A stretch of DNA of 64,000 bases from Vicinamibacterales bacterium. GTDB lineage: Bacteria; Acidobacteriota; Vicinamibacteria; Vicinamibacterales; UBA8438. The notes under the pieces are model-generated. The model did no database searches. It was given only the letters and a program-made list of their open reading frames with translations, and was not told where the DNA came from. The DNA is taken from assembly GCA_963662965.1 (NCBI GenBank), contig OY759970.1:3072524-3136523 (forward strand), read 5' to 3'. Each line of letters starts with the position of its first letter. Position 1 is the first letter of the stretch. Positions 45,859 to 55,593 of the stretch are shown one piece after another. The position numbers and the translations under genes were made by a program.

Positions 45859-47067
45859 CTACCTGCCGGTATACGAATGGTCGAGGAAGCGCTCCGCCGC
45901 GCGTTCGCACCGCCGGTCCCTGGCGTCGTCGCAGAGGTTCCGGCTCTGATCGCAATGTGCGCGGGCGCGGCTGCGGTCGTCTTCGAGGTCGGCGATCTTC
46001 CCCAGCTCGAGCTGAGCACGACCGGCGACCCACAGCGGGACCGGGCCGGTGAACGCGCGGGCCAGGTCGATGCGCGCGCCGTCGACCAGGCCGACCGCCG
46101 CGCGCGCCGTGCCCCGCTTGAGATGCCAGACGGCGTCCTCGCCGGGCATCCGTGTTCGGTCGTCGCCTTGCAGCCTCGAGAAACCGTGCGACAGTGTCAG
46201 CTTGGCCATCGCCGGTCGCTCATCGCGGAGCCAGGTCGACACCGTTTCGAGCCAGACCAGTCGATTTCGTGGGTAGGTCCGCCTCAACTGGCTGAGGACA
46301 CGCTGCGCGCGCGCGTATTCACGCTCGCGATTCAGCAGGAGGACCAGGGCGAACTGCGCTTCGACTTGGTCTCCCCGGGATAGGCGGCGGCGGCGGTCAC
46401 CATGTCGATCGCCGCTTCTTTCCCGCCGTCGAATCCGACGAGATACGCCATCATCCGGAACGCGCGCGGCAGAATCGAGACGACGTAGCGGTAGATGCCG
46501 ATCAGCAGCTTCGCATCATCACGGCTCGGGTCGAGCTCGAGCACCCGCTCGTGCGCCTCGTAGGCTCGCTTCGCGTCCCGCAGCGCGCGGAGTGGCTCCC
46601 CGCCAATGGACGCCCGATACGACGCCGCGAGTCTGACGGCGACGCCAAGCTCGTAATGCGCGTCCGCATCATCCGGCACCTTCTCGACCGCGGCCTCCGA
46701 GAGCTCGATCGCCCGCTCCACATGCTCCTCGAACATCCGATTCAGTGCGTCCGGCGGCTTTTCGACCTTGCCCGAGGGTCGACTGACCGATCCGGAGCGG
46801 TAGTTGTCGACCAGGACGGCGCCGCGCAGGAACAGAATGCGGAACCAGATCGTCGCCGCCACCGACCGATAACGCCGCCGGATCGTTGGGGCCCGCTTCG
46901 ATCGCCCGCGTGAACGTATCGATCGCCGCCTCGTGGTCGAGGTTGTACGCTAGCTCGAACCCCTCCATCAGCAGGGGATCGGGCTCGGCGGCGACGGCCG
47001 TCCCGCCGAGGACGAGACACGACAGGAGGACCGCCGGCGCCAAAGGCTGGCCGCAAGGCGTGCACAT
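45859..47067 (-). pseudogene. secreted TPR-like repeat protein split into three frames (two frameshifts)
   Basis: Piece 1 runs from ATG 47067 (signal-like MCTPCGQPLAPAVLLSCLVLGGTAVAA...AIDTFTRAIEAGPNDPAA). Piece 2 is 46332..46862 and piece 3 is 45859..46287, whose frame is open upstream as ...EAQFALVLLLNREREYARAQRVLSQLRR. The pieces read as one continuous protein if one base is added or removed near 46862-46885 and near 46335-46365. Confidence 0.55.
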
Positions 47068-47209
47068 CGAATATCTATGATACTTGGGCCGTGCCGTGGA
47101 CCGCTGGTGACGGCTAAGCCGCGCACGTGCGCGCCTCGCGGGCCCGGCGCGGGGCATGGGGCCCCCGCGATTGCCCGCGTGGGGTTCGGGGCGAAGCCCA
47201 GTCTGAGTA

Positions 47210-48220
47210 ATGATTCGACGCATCAAGACTATCGACGCGCATGTCGCCGGCGAGCCGTTGCGGCTCATTGTCGACGGGTTTCCGCCCCCCCGCGGCGCGA
47301 CGATGCTCGACAAGCGCGCGTGGGTGCGCAAACGGCGCGACAAGATCCGTCGGGCGCTGATGCGCGAGCCGCGCGGCCACGGCGACATGTACGGCGCGGT
47401 GCTCACCGAGCCGGTCGGCCCCGACTCGCACGCCGGGGTGCTCTTCATGCACAACGAGGGGTACAGCACGATGTGCGGCCACGGTGTTATCGCGGTGGTG
47501 ACGATTGCGCTCGAGCACCACCTCCTCGATGTCTCGGATGCGTCGGGAGGGACAGACGAGATCGTTCTCGATGCCCCAGCCGGCACCGTGCGCGCTCGTG
47601 CCACGGTAAGTGAAGCCGGCAAGGTCGACTGCGTGTCGTTCACGAATGTGCCGTCGTATGTGCTGCACGCGGCGCTCCCGATATCGATTGACGGTCGCAC
47701 CGTGCCGGTCGACGTCGCCTTCGGCGGCGCCTTTTATGCCATCGTCGATGCCGAGGCCGTGGGTGTGCCGCTCGGCGTCGAGTCAGCCGAGCGACTCCGC
47801 GCGCTCGGCACGACGATTCGCAGAGCGGTTGAGAAGGCGACCGCTGTCGTCCATCCGACCGAGTCGGGCTTGACCGGTATCTATGGCACGGTCTTCACCG
47901 GCGTACCGACGCGTGAGGGCGCCGACCTGCGGAGCGTGACGGTCTTTGCCGACGCGCAGATCGACCGGTCGCCGTGCGGTACGGGAACCGCGGCGCTGAT
48001 GGCGGTGCTCGACGCCATGGGGGTGCTGGGGGATGACGGCCGCTTCGTGCACGAGAGTCTGATCGGGACGACCTTCTCGGGCATCGTGGAGACCCGCACC
48101 ACCGCCGGGGATCTGCCGGCGATCGTGCCCCGGATCGAAGGGTCGGCCTGGATCACCGGCACCCACGAGTTCGTCGTCGACGATGACGACCCGCTGCACG
48201 ACGGGTTTCTCCTCCGGTAA
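47210..48220 (+). CDS. proline racemase family enzyme (Cys/Cys type: proline racemase or 4-hydroxyproline 2-epimerase)
   Basis: ORF track 336 aa. MIRRIKTIDAHVAGEPLRL..., first catalytic STMCGHG, second catalytic DRSPCGTGT. Confidence 0.85.
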   Translation: MIRRIKTIDAHVAGEPLRLIVDGFPPPRGATMLDKRAWVRKRRDKIRRALMREPRGHGDMYGAVLTEPVGPDSHAGVLFMHNEGYSTMCGHGVIAVVTIALEHHLLDVSDASGGTDEIVLDAPAGTVRARATVSEAGKVDCVSFTNVPSYVLHAALPISIDGRTVPVDVAFGGAFYAIVDAEAVGVPLGVESAERLRALGTTIRRAVEKATAVVHPTESGLTGIYGTVFTGVPTREGADLRSVTVFADAQIDRSPCGTGTAALMAVLDAMGVLGDDGRFVHESLIGTTFSGIVETRTTAGDLPAIVPRIEGSAWITGTHEFVVDDDDPLHDGFLLR

Positions 48221-48234
48221 ACTGAAGCACCAAC

Positions 48235-50751
48235 GTGCATCAACGCCTCCGCACCCTCGACCAGTTGTCGATCGGCGAACGCGCCGTCGTGCATCGCGTC
48301 GACTGCGAGCGACGGATCGGCTGCCGTCTCATGGAAATGGGCCTGTTGCCGGGGACGCCGATCGAGATGGTGCGGCGTGCCCCGCTTGGCGACCCGCTCA
48401 AGATCCGACTCCGTGGCTACCTGCTGTCGATGCGACGGACCGAGGCCGCCGGTGTGTCGCTGGCGCCTGGTGGCGAGGCCCCGGTCGCGGCGGCAACCCC
48501 GGCGTACGGCAACGGCACTTCGCGGTTCGAGTGCCATTCGTCGCGCGACGCGGAGTCGTCGCCGGCGCTGCCGCGGGTCATGGTGGCCGGGAACGCCAAT
48601 GCCGGCAAGACGACCATCTTCAATGCGCTGACCGGGGCGCGCGCGCAGGTCGGCAACTATCCGGGGGTTACCGTCACCCGTTCGTCACGTGTCATCGGCT
48701 TGCCGAACCAGACGCGGGCCGAGGTGGTTGATCTTCCCGGCACCTATAGCCTGAGCACCCACTCGCCCGACGAGCAGGTGGCGGTGGACGAGGTGCTCGG
48801 TCGGCGCCACACCCCGCCGGATGTCGTCGTCGTCGTCGTCGATGCCAGTACGCTCGAGCGCGGTCTCTATTTGGTACTCCAGATCGTCGAAACCGGCGTT
48901 CCGGTCGTCGTCGCGCTCAACATGGTGGACGAAGCAGAGGCTGCCGGGTTCAAGGTGGACGCCGACAAGCTCGGGGCGTGGCTCGGGGTCACGGTCGTAC
49001 CGACGGTGGCGTCGGCTGGGACCGGCCTCGACGCACTCCGAGCCGCGATCGCGGACACGCTCAGGCTGGCGCCGCGGGGCGAGGTGGCGTGGTCGGGTTT
49101 CCCGACGCCGGTGGAGCAGGCGGTTTCGGAGGTCGAGCGGGCATTTGCCACCACCGACTACGTGCACACGCCGGCGGCGCGCCGCGCGTGGGCGGTCTGG
49201 TCGCTCCTCTCGCACGACACCGACGACGAGGGGGGCGAGGGCTTGCCGTCGCCGGTGCAGCGGGCGGTCGAGTCGGCCCGTCAGCGCGCGCGAGACGCCG
49301 ACGTCAGCCTCGACCACGACGTGATCTCGGCGCGCTACCGGTGGATCGAGCACGTGACGGCCGACGTGCGCGAAACGGTCAGAGACGTCGGGCGCTCGTG
49401 GACCGATCGCATCGACGGCGTCCTGACCGATCGCGTCTACGGCACCGTGGCGTTCGCGATCGTGATGTGGCTGCTTTTCGAGGCGCTCTTCAGCTGGTCG
49501 GAGCCGCTCATCGCCACGATCGAGAATCTGACCGCCGGGGTCCAGGCCGGCGTGACGGCCGTCTTGCCGGTCGGCCCGCTTCAAGACCTGATGGTGAAGG
49601 GGGTCATCGCTGGAGTCGGCAATGTCGTCGTCTTTGTTCCGCAGATCGCGATGCTGTTTCTCTTCATCGCGTTCCTTGAGGACCTCGGGTATCTCGCCCG
49701 CGTCGCGTTCGTCATCGATCGCCTCATGGGACGGGTCGGCCTCCACGGGAAGGCGTTTGTGCCGATGCTATCCGGCTTCGCCTGCGCGATTCCGGCGGTG
49801 ATGGCGACCCGGTCGATCGAGAGCCGTCGCGATCGCCTGATCACGATGCTCACCCTACCGATGGTGTCGTGCAGCGCGCGGCTGCCGGTCTACGCGCTGG
49901 TGACGGCGGTCGTGTTTGCGGGCGATGCGCGCATCTTTGGCCTGTTCAGCGCCGGCGCCGTGGTGCTGTTCGCGATGTATACGCTCTCGGTCATCGCCAC
50001 CCTGGGCGCGGCGGCGGTGCTGCGCCGGACGGTGCTCCGCGGCCCACGGTTCCCGCTCGTGCTCGAGCTGCCGCCGTATCGCATGCCGGTCTGGCGCAAT
50101 GTGCTGCTCGTGACCTGGCGGCGGGTCCGCAAGTTCCTGGTCGACGCCGGCACCATCATCCTGACGATGACGATCATCCTGTGGGTCCTGCTGTCGTATC
50201 CGCAGAGCCCGGAGATCACGGTGCGCTACGACGCGGTCCGCGCCGATACGGTGGCGACGCTCACCGATCCGGCGGCTCAGGCCGACGCGCTTGGGCTGCT
50301 GAACGGGCAGGAGGCGGGGGAACGGCTTCGCTACAGCATCGCCGGTCGCCTGGGTCAGGCGCTCGAGCCGGCCATCGAGCCGCTCGGTTTCGACTGGCGG
50401 ATCGGCGTCGGCATTCTCGGCGCCTTCGCCGCGCGCGAGGTGTTCGTGTCGACGCTTGGCATCGTGTTCGGCATTGCCGAGGCTGATGAGGAAAGCCCGT
50501 CTTTACGGGCCTCATTGCAGGCGGCGGTCCGGGAAGACGGCAGCCCGCTGATGACGCCGCTGACCGGTATTTCGCTGATGGTCTTTTTCGTGTTGGCGTG
50601 TCAGTGTATGAGTACGATTGGAATCGTTCGGCGGGAGTCGGGCAGCTGGGGGTGGCCGATCTTCATGTTCGGCTACATGTCGGTGCTGGCCTACGGCGCA
50701 TCGCTCATCGTGTACCAGGTGGGATCGATATTCGGGTGGGGCGTCTCATGA
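48235..50751 (+). CDS. feoB: FeoA-FeoB fusion, ferrous iron transporter
   Basis: ORF track 838 aa starting at GTG. The N-terminal FeoA-like SH3 domain is ...LSIGERAVVHRV...GLLPGTPIEMVRRAPLGDPL. The G-domain follows (GNANAGKTTIFNALTG...NYPGVTV), then the polytopic membrane domain. Confidence 0.9.
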   Translation: MHQRLRTLDQLSIGERAVVHRVDCERRIGCRLMEMGLLPGTPIEMVRRAPLGDPLKIRLRGYLLSMRRTEAAGVSLAPGGEAPVAAATPAYGNGTSRFECHSSRDAESSPALPRVMVAGNANAGKTTIFNALTGARAQVGNYPGVTVTRSSRVIGLPNQTRAEVVDLPGTYSLSTHSPDEQVAVDEVLGRRHTPPDVVVVVVDASTLERGLYLVLQIVETGVPVVVALNMVDEAEAAGFKVDADKLGAWLGVTVVPTVASAGTGLDALRAAIADTLRLAPRGEVAWSGFPTPVEQAVSEVERAFATTDYVHTPAARRAWAVWSLLSHDTDDEGGEGLPSPVQRAVESARQRARDADVSLDHDVISARYRWIEHVTADVRETVRDVGRSWTDRIDGVLTDRVYGTVAFAIVMWLLFEALFSWSEPLIATIENLTAGVQAGVTAVLPVGPLQDLMVKGVIAGVGNVVVFVPQIAMLFLFIAFLEDLGYLARVAFVIDRLMGRVGLHGKAFVPMLSGFACAIPAVMATRSIESRRDRLITMLTLPMVSCSARLPVYALVTAVVFAGDARIFGLFSAGAVVLFAMYTLSVIATLGAAAVLRRTVLRGPRFPLVLELPPYRMPVWRNVLLVTWRRVRKFLVDAGTIILTMTIILWVLLSYPQSPEITVRYDAVRADTVATLTDPAAQADALGLLNGQEAGERLRYSIAGRLGQALEPAIEPLGFDWRIGVGILGAFAAREVFVSTLGIVFGIAEADEESPSLRASLQAAVREDGSPLMTPLTGISLMVFFVLACQCMSTIGIVRRESGSWGWPIFMFGYMSVLAYGASLIVYQVGSIFGWGVS

Positions 50752-50927
50752 GCTGGCAGGAGCCGATTGTCGCGGTGATCGTCGGATGGGCGGTCGTCTC
50801 GCTCTACCGACACCTGCGCGGCATGCTCGTGGTCCCCAAATCGGACAGCGGCGCGTCGTGCCACGGATGTGACGACTGCGCTGACGCCGAGACCGAGTCT
50901 TCCACCATCACGCACACTCCGCGATAA
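50748..50927 (+). CDS. FeoB-associated Cys-rich small membrane protein
   Basis: ATG 50748 is in an ATGA overlap with the feoB stop. It has 59 codons with one TM helix (IVAVIVGWAVVSLY) followed by CHGCDDC. Confidence 0.6.
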   Translation: MSWQEPIVAVIVGWAVVSLYRHLRGMLVVPKSDSGASCHGCDDCADAETESSTITHTPR

Positions 50928-50994
50928 CGCGCGTCGCTATTTCCGCAGGTTCCTGCGCCTGCGTATCCGCCGGAACCGGGCGCACGCACGCGTG

Positions 50995-52647
50995 CTACCA
51001 GCCGATCGCCAAACCGTCCTTGCGCGAGTCTGAGCCACCGAGCAGGACCCCGCGCGTGCGATCGATCTGTACGCCCTGAAATCCGCCGAAGCCGCCGCGC
51101 TCGGCTTCGTCAGAAAGATCGTGGCCGCGCGCTACCAGCGCGTCACGCACGTCACGGCCGATCCCGCTCTCGAGCGCCACCGCGGAGCCGGTCCAACGGG
51201 CGCGTGCCGCGTCCCCCGCCTCCTGGAGCGTCATGCCGAAGGCGAACAGATTGGCGAGCAGCTGCGCGTGTCCTTGCGCCTGCATGTCGCCACCCATGAC
51301 GCCGAACCCGAGCACCGGGGAGCCGTCTTCGAGGACGAGCGCCGGAATCAAGGTATGGAACGGGCGTTTGCCCGCGGCCAGGCAGTTCGGATGATGCGGG
51401 TCGAGGGAGAAGAGGCTGGCGCGATTCTGGAAGACGATACCGGTCTCTCGGCTGACGACGCCAGAGCCGAACGCGCCGAAGAGCGACTGAATCAACGACA
51501 CGACGGTACCGCCATCGTCGGCGGCTGCAAGATAGACGGTATCGCCGCTCCCGGGGCCAGGCGCCGCGGTTGTCCCCCGTTCGCGCCAGGCTCGGTAGCG
51601 TCTCGCCGCGCGGTCGGGATCGATCTCGTCGCGCCGCGTCGCCGCGTAGCCCGCGGAGCTCAAGTGCTCGGTGATGTCCGGCGGCACCGCCGCGGCGTCG
51701 GCGAGGTGGGCGGCACGGTCGGCAAAGGCGATCCGGATAGCTTCGATGAGCCGGTGCAGATAGGCGGGCGAGTTGTGGCCAAGCCGTTCGAGATCGTCGC
51801 CGTCGATCAGGTTGAGGATTTCGATGGCCGTCAAGCCCTGGGTGTTCGGTGGCAGCTCGAGCACCGCGCGGCCGCGGAACGTCGTCCGGATCGGTTCGAC
51901 CCAGTCCGATCGATGCGCCGCCAGGTCGTCGCCGTGCAACCAGCCGCCGCGCCGCTCGAACTCTGCCGCGGTCCGTTGCGCGATGTCTCCGCGATAGAAC
52001 GCCGTGGCGCCGTTCGCGGCAATCTGCTCGAGGGTGTTGGCGAGGGCGACGTTGCGAAAGACGTCACCGGCGTGCGGCGCACGTCCGTGCGGCAGGAAGA
52101 GCGCCGTGGCGTCAGGCTCGGCCGCCAGCAGCGGCTCGACCGTCTGCCATTGGTGGGCGACGATCTCAGACACGGCGAAGCCGTGTCTTGCGTAATAGAT
52201 CGCCGGGTCGAGCGCGCGTTGCAGCGTGAGGGTGCCGTGACGGTCGAGTAGCTGCGCCCACCCATCGACCGCACCCGGAACGCTGACCGACAGCGGTCCC
52301 GTCGCCGGCATGGCCGCGGTGGTGCCGACCGCGTCGCGGAGCCGGTCGAGGGACGCGGCCGCGGGCGCCCGGCCGCTCGCGTTCAGCGCATGAATCGACT
52401 CGGTTCGGCCGTCATGGAGCAAGGCGAAGAGGTCGCCGCCGATGCCAGTCATCGTCGGTTCGACGACCGAGAGGGTAGCCGCGGCGGTGACGGCGGCATC
52501 GACGGCGTTGCCGCCCTCCATCAGGACGCGGAGTCCCGCGGCAGACGCCAGCGGCTGACTCGTGGCGATGACGCCCCGCTGCGCCATGACCGTCGACCGC
52601 GTCGCCCGGCGGTTCGCAAGCGGACGGTCGCCGGGCCGCCACGTCAT
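50995..52647 (-). CDS. ggt: gamma-glutamyltransferase
   Basis: ORF 50995..52767, with ATG 52647 in an ATGA overlap with the upstream gene. ...PTMTGIGGDLFAL... is present, and the autoprocessing/nucleophile region is GDTVYLAAADDGG... Confidence 0.88.
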   Translation of the reverse strand: MTWRPGDRPLANRRATRSTVMAQRGVIATSQPLASAAGLRVLMEGGNAVDAAVTAAATLSVVEPTMTGIGGDLFALLHDGRTESIHALNASGRAPAAASLDRLRDAVGTTAAMPATGPLSVSVPGAVDGWAQLLDRHGTLTLQRALDPAIYYARHGFAVSEIVAHQWQTVEPLLAAEPDATALFLPHGRAPHAGDVFRNVALANTLEQIAANGATAFYRGDIAQRTAAEFERRGGWLHGDDLAAHRSDWVEPIRTTFRGRAVLELPPNTQGLTAIEILNLIDGDDLERLGHNSPAYLHRLIEAIRIAFADRAAHLADAAAVPPDITEHLSSAGYAATRRDEIDPDRAARRYRAWRERGTTAAPGPGSGDTVYLAAADDGGTVVSLIQSLFGAFGSGVVSRETGIVFQNRASLFSLDPHHPNCLAAGKRPFHTLIPALVLEDGSPVLGFGVMGGDMQAQGHAQLLANLFAFGMTLQEAGDAARARWTGSAVALESGIGRDVRDALVARGHDLSDEAERGGFGGFQGVQIDRTRGVLLGGSDSRKDGLAIGW

Positions 52648-53228
52648 GGGGTTGGCGAGAGGTCGGCGGCCGCGGTCTCGAACGCGTCGAGCTGGCGGCG
52701 ATGAGCGGCCAGGATCGGATGATCCCACCGCGCCGACAGCGTGTCGTGAACGGTCCGCTGGTACCACCGCATCTCATCGAGTCCAGCCGTAAACACGCTA
52801 ATGAAGCGTGGACCGTGCGCTTCGATGCCGGCGACCATATTCGATAGATTGTGGATCTTGTCGGCCGAGGCGATGGCCAGCGATCCGGTACGTGGGGTGG
52901 CGCGGAGCTGGTCGATGTAGATGGTCTTGCGCTCCCGCCACGGCGCGCGTTTGGGCGGCTCGGTGACATCTTGCACCATCTGGAGCACAGGCTCACCGAA
53001 GCGCGACGCGATGAGGTCCGGGGCCAGGTCGGTATCTTCGAGCGTGTCGTGCAACAGCGCGGCGACGACGGTGTCCTCGTCGAAGCCGTGGTCGAACGCA
53101 ATCAGCGCCACGGCGGTGACGTGGGAGGCCTCGAAGCCGCGGCCGGCTTTGCGGCGGTGCAGGCCGTGCGCCTCGAGCATCGTCGTGATCGCGAGCTCGA
53201 CGCGATTCGAATACAACGCCGACATCAC
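52644..53228 (-). CDS. HD-domain phosphohydrolase, RelA/SpoT-hydrolase-like (small alarmone hydrolase type)
   Basis: ORF track 194 aa. ...HVTAVALIA...AALLHDTLEDT... matches the HD motif context of (p)ppGpp hydrolase domains. Confidence 0.65.
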   Translation of the reverse strand: MMSALYSNRVELAITTMLEAHGLHRRKAGRGFEASHVTAVALIAFDHGFDEDTVVAALLHDTLEDTDLAPDLIASRFGEPVLQMVQDVTEPPKRAPWRERKTIYIDQLRATPRTGSLAIASADKIHNLSNMVAGIEAHGPRFISVFTAGLDEMRWYQRTVHDTLSARWDHPILAAHRRQLDAFETAAADLSPTP

Positions 53229-53233
53229 CGCCG

Positions 53234-54172
53234 CTATCGGCCGGCCTGCGCCTGGCTGTCGGTCGTCGCATCGAGTGGGGCGACATAGCTCCGCCGCGCG
53301 CGCGCCTCCATGCCGCGTTGCTTAATGCGGACTTCGAGGTCGTGTAGCTTGCCGTCGCGCTCCGTCGGGGTAAAGCCGAGGACGTACTGGCTGTGAAGCT
53401 CCTGAGCGACACGGGTGAACGTCGGCCCGAGATCCGCCGCCTCGGTCAGCTCGAAGAACCCGCCGCCCGTCTCCTCGGCGAATTTCCTCAGGTTGCGGTC
53501 GGGGCGCGTCTGGACGTATCGGGCGCCGTTGAAGTAGTTGCTCTCGAAGCCGATCGAGTAAATCATCACCTCGCCGGCGATCGCCTGGTTGAGCACGTCG
53601 CCGGAGCCGGCGTCGCTATTCGTGTCGTCACCGTCGGTGAAGAGGAGGACGACCCGTCGTCCGGGAATCTCGGCCAGCGCGCTCAGCGATGCGGCCGCGG
53701 CGTCGTAGACCCGGGTCGCGTTACCGAAGTCGAGGTTGGGCAGCCACGAGATGAGCTGATCCCGATCGCCGGTGAACTCAGCCGGCTCGATTTCGATCTT
53801 GTCGTTGAACGCCCCGACGCGGCCGCGATCGTCGGGCAGCATCCGAAGGAGAAACTGCTCGGCGCCGGCCATGAGTCGGCCGCGGTTGAGGTCCATGCTG
53901 GCGCTGGTGTCGAGCATGACGACGACGGTGATCGGGCGAACGGAGTTCTCGAAGACGACGAGCTCTTGCAGCACTTCGTCGTCGTAAACCTCGAAGTCTT
54001 CTCGCGTGAGGTTCGGTACGAGTCGACCGTCGTCATCGGTCACCGTCACGAATAGGTCGACCAGCTCGGTGCCGCTTCGGAACAGCGGCTGCTGCCGGGC
54101 CGTCAGGATGACGCCGGTGGTCACGAGGATCACCGCGGTGAGGATGGCGGGGACGACATGTCGGGCTCGCAT
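53234..54172 (-). CDS. VWA domain protein with N-terminal VWFA-related (acidobacterial-type) region
   Basis: ORF track 312 aa with a TM anchor. ...LVDLFVTVTDDDGRLVPNLTREDFEVYDDEVLQELVVFE... is followed by the MIDAS-like VVMLDTSASM. Confidence 0.78.
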   Translation of the reverse strand: MRARHVVPAILTAVILVTTGVILTARQQPLFRSGTELVDLFVTVTDDDGRLVPNLTREDFEVYDDEVLQELVVFENSVRPITVVVMLDTSASMDLNRGRLMAGAEQFLLRMLPDDRGRVGAFNDKIEIEPAEFTGDRDQLISWLPNLDFGNATRVYDAAAASLSALAEIPGRRVVLLFTDGDDTNSDAGSGDVLNQAIAGEVMIYSIGFESNYFNGARYVQTRPDRNLRKFAEETGGGFFELTEAADLGPTFTRVAQELHSQYVLGFTPTERDGKLHDLEVRIKQRGMEARARRSYVAPLDATTDSQAQAGR

Positions 54173-54264
54173 ACCCCGAGCTTACTGCTGTCGGTTCCCG
54201 ACGGCAATCACGCGAAACCCCGGTTGCCATGACGGCGTCCTATAATCACATCACAGGAGGAACG

Positions 54265-54699
54265 ATGGTCAAGAACACCGTACTCGTGCTCGCGCCCGCC
54301 CTGGCCCTGGTCGCCCTGGCGGCTCCCGTATCGGCCGCCGTGGCCGACGGTCTCGCCCAGCCGTATCTTCACATCCAGCTCGCGCTGACCAACGACTCGA
54401 TGGACGGCGTGACCGATGCCGCCCGGATGATCGCCGCTGAGGCGGTGAAGATGGGGGATGCCGCAAAGTCGATCGGCACCGCCGCCACCTCGGTTGCCGG
54501 TGCCCAAGACATCCAAACGGCGCGGGCGGCTTTCGGTCCGTTGAGCGATGCCCTGATCGCGTATGGCGAGGAGGTTGGGTTCGGCGACCTCAAGGTGGCG
54601 TATTGCCCGATGGCGCGCAAGTCGTGGGTGCAGCAGAACGGCGAGATCCTCAACCCGTTCTACGGGTCGATGATGCTCAACTGCGGCGAGTTCCAATAG
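54265..54699 (+). CDS. secreted DUF3347-like metal-associated protein
   Basis: ORF 54229..54699, with ATG 54265 after GGAGGA. It has a signal peptide MVKNTVLVLAPALALVALAAPVSA and a C-terminal ...YCPMA...W.Q....I.NPFYG..ML.CGE pattern. Confidence 0.55.
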   Translation: MVKNTVLVLAPALALVALAAPVSAAVADGLAQPYLHIQLALTNDSMDGVTDAARMIAAEAVKMGDAAKSIGTAATSVAGAQDIQTARAAFGPLSDALIAYGEEVGFGDLKVAYCPMARKSWVQQNGEILNPFYGSMMLNCGEFQ

Positions 54700-54935
54700 C
54701 AGGCGGACGGTCGATGTGGCTCCGACGTGTTGGTCGTGTCGTGGCGGCGGTGTCGCTTACCGTCGCGTACGGGTGTAGCGGCGCCGGTAGCGGAGAGCAT
54801 CCGACGGATGACGCCGCTTTCGAAGATCCATCCCGTGTCGGCGACGAAGACGAAGTAGTGCCCGACGTCGACCTGGTCTCGGAGCTTGTGAATCCGCGAG
54901 TAGTCGGAGACGGAGACGGTAAACGGCAACTCCAT
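54660..54935 (-). CDS. small hypothetical protein downstream of the MerR-like gene
   Basis: ORF track 91 aa. Third-position GC is much higher on this strand than for the overlapping plus-strand ORF 54603..55205. Its start is 4 nt after the MerR-like stop. Confidence 0.4.
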   Translation of the reverse strand: MELPFTVSVSDYSRIHKLRDQVDVGHYFVFVADTGWIFESGVIRRMLSATGAATPVRDGKRHRRHDTTNTSEPHRPSACYWNSPQLSIIDP

Positions 54936-54938
54936 GGG

Positions 54939-55490
54939 TTATGCTCTTTCGTTCTGCGTCAGTGTCCGCGCGAGCGATGCCAGCGCCTCGACGAGCTCCT
55001 GCCGTCGGGTCGAGTCCTGGAGGAGGTCCTCCGGGATGTGCAGGGTCGCCCCGTGCACCAGGTGCACGCGACGTGTGTTCTCCACCCGGAGAGCAGGTGG
55101 CGAAAGCGCCTCTACCTTGACGGTCGCCGGTGCGCGCTCCGGACCGAGCGCCGACAGCACCTCGTCGTCGCTCGCCTCACGCAGCACCGCGGCAATCTTG
55201 GCTAGGGTGTAGTGCTCGGTCTGCAACCTCTTGATCAGCAACAGCCGGATCAAATGGCTGCCCGAGTAACGCGCCCGTCCGCCCTCATAGCTCACCGGAC
55301 TCGGTAGCAGGCGCTGGGACGTGTAGTACCGGATCGTCCGTACATCCGGTCTCTCAGTGACCTTGTACCGAGTCTGTCTTGGCGCAAGAACGGCCAACGA
55401 CTTGTCAGCCGCCTCTATCAGCTCCTCGATCGTGAAGTCGTCACGCTCGAGATTCTCGGGAAGGCTCCCCCGGACTGTCGGATGATCCAC
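54939..55490 (-). CDS. MerR-family-like HTH regulator
   Basis: ORF track 183 aa. ...DVRTIRYYTSQRLLPSP...ARYSGSHLIRLLLIKRLQ...YTLAKIAAVL... follows the MerR HTH pattern with an N-terminal insertion. Confidence 0.6.
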   Translation of the reverse strand: MDHPTVRGSLPENLERDDFTIEELIEAADKSLAVLAPRQTRYKVTERPDVRTIRYYTSQRLLPSPVSYEGGRARYSGSHLIRLLLIKRLQTEHYTLAKIAAVLREASDDEVLSALGPERAPATVKVEALSPPALRVENTRRVHLVHGATLHIPEDLLQDSTRRQELVEALASLARTLTQNERA

Positions 55491-55573
55491 TGTTGCTAAT
55501 CCTAGTATTAACAGTAAATACTATCAATTCTCTTTTGAGCCAGAGAAGGCGATTCTTGACGAATGAAATCTAT

Positions 55574-55593
55574 ACATATAGATATACATATGT
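55574..55593. promoter_or_regulatory. AT-rich imperfect palindrome ACATATAGATATACATATGT in the divergent MerR-like / ArsR-MTase intergenic region (candidate operator)
   Basis: Read directly: 16/20 self-complementary. It sits in the only AT-rich stretch of this region. TTGACG at 55556-55561 is a possible -35. Its function is not demonstrated. Confidence 0.3.

Noticed and set aside
54603-55205. A plus-strand ORF with a lipoprotein-like start MWLRRVGRVVAAVSLTVAYGCSG.
   Set aside because: Third-position GC is clearly lower (about 60 percent by count) than for the minus-strand ORFs covering the same DNA (about 85 percent). It also runs antisense through the MerR-like gene.
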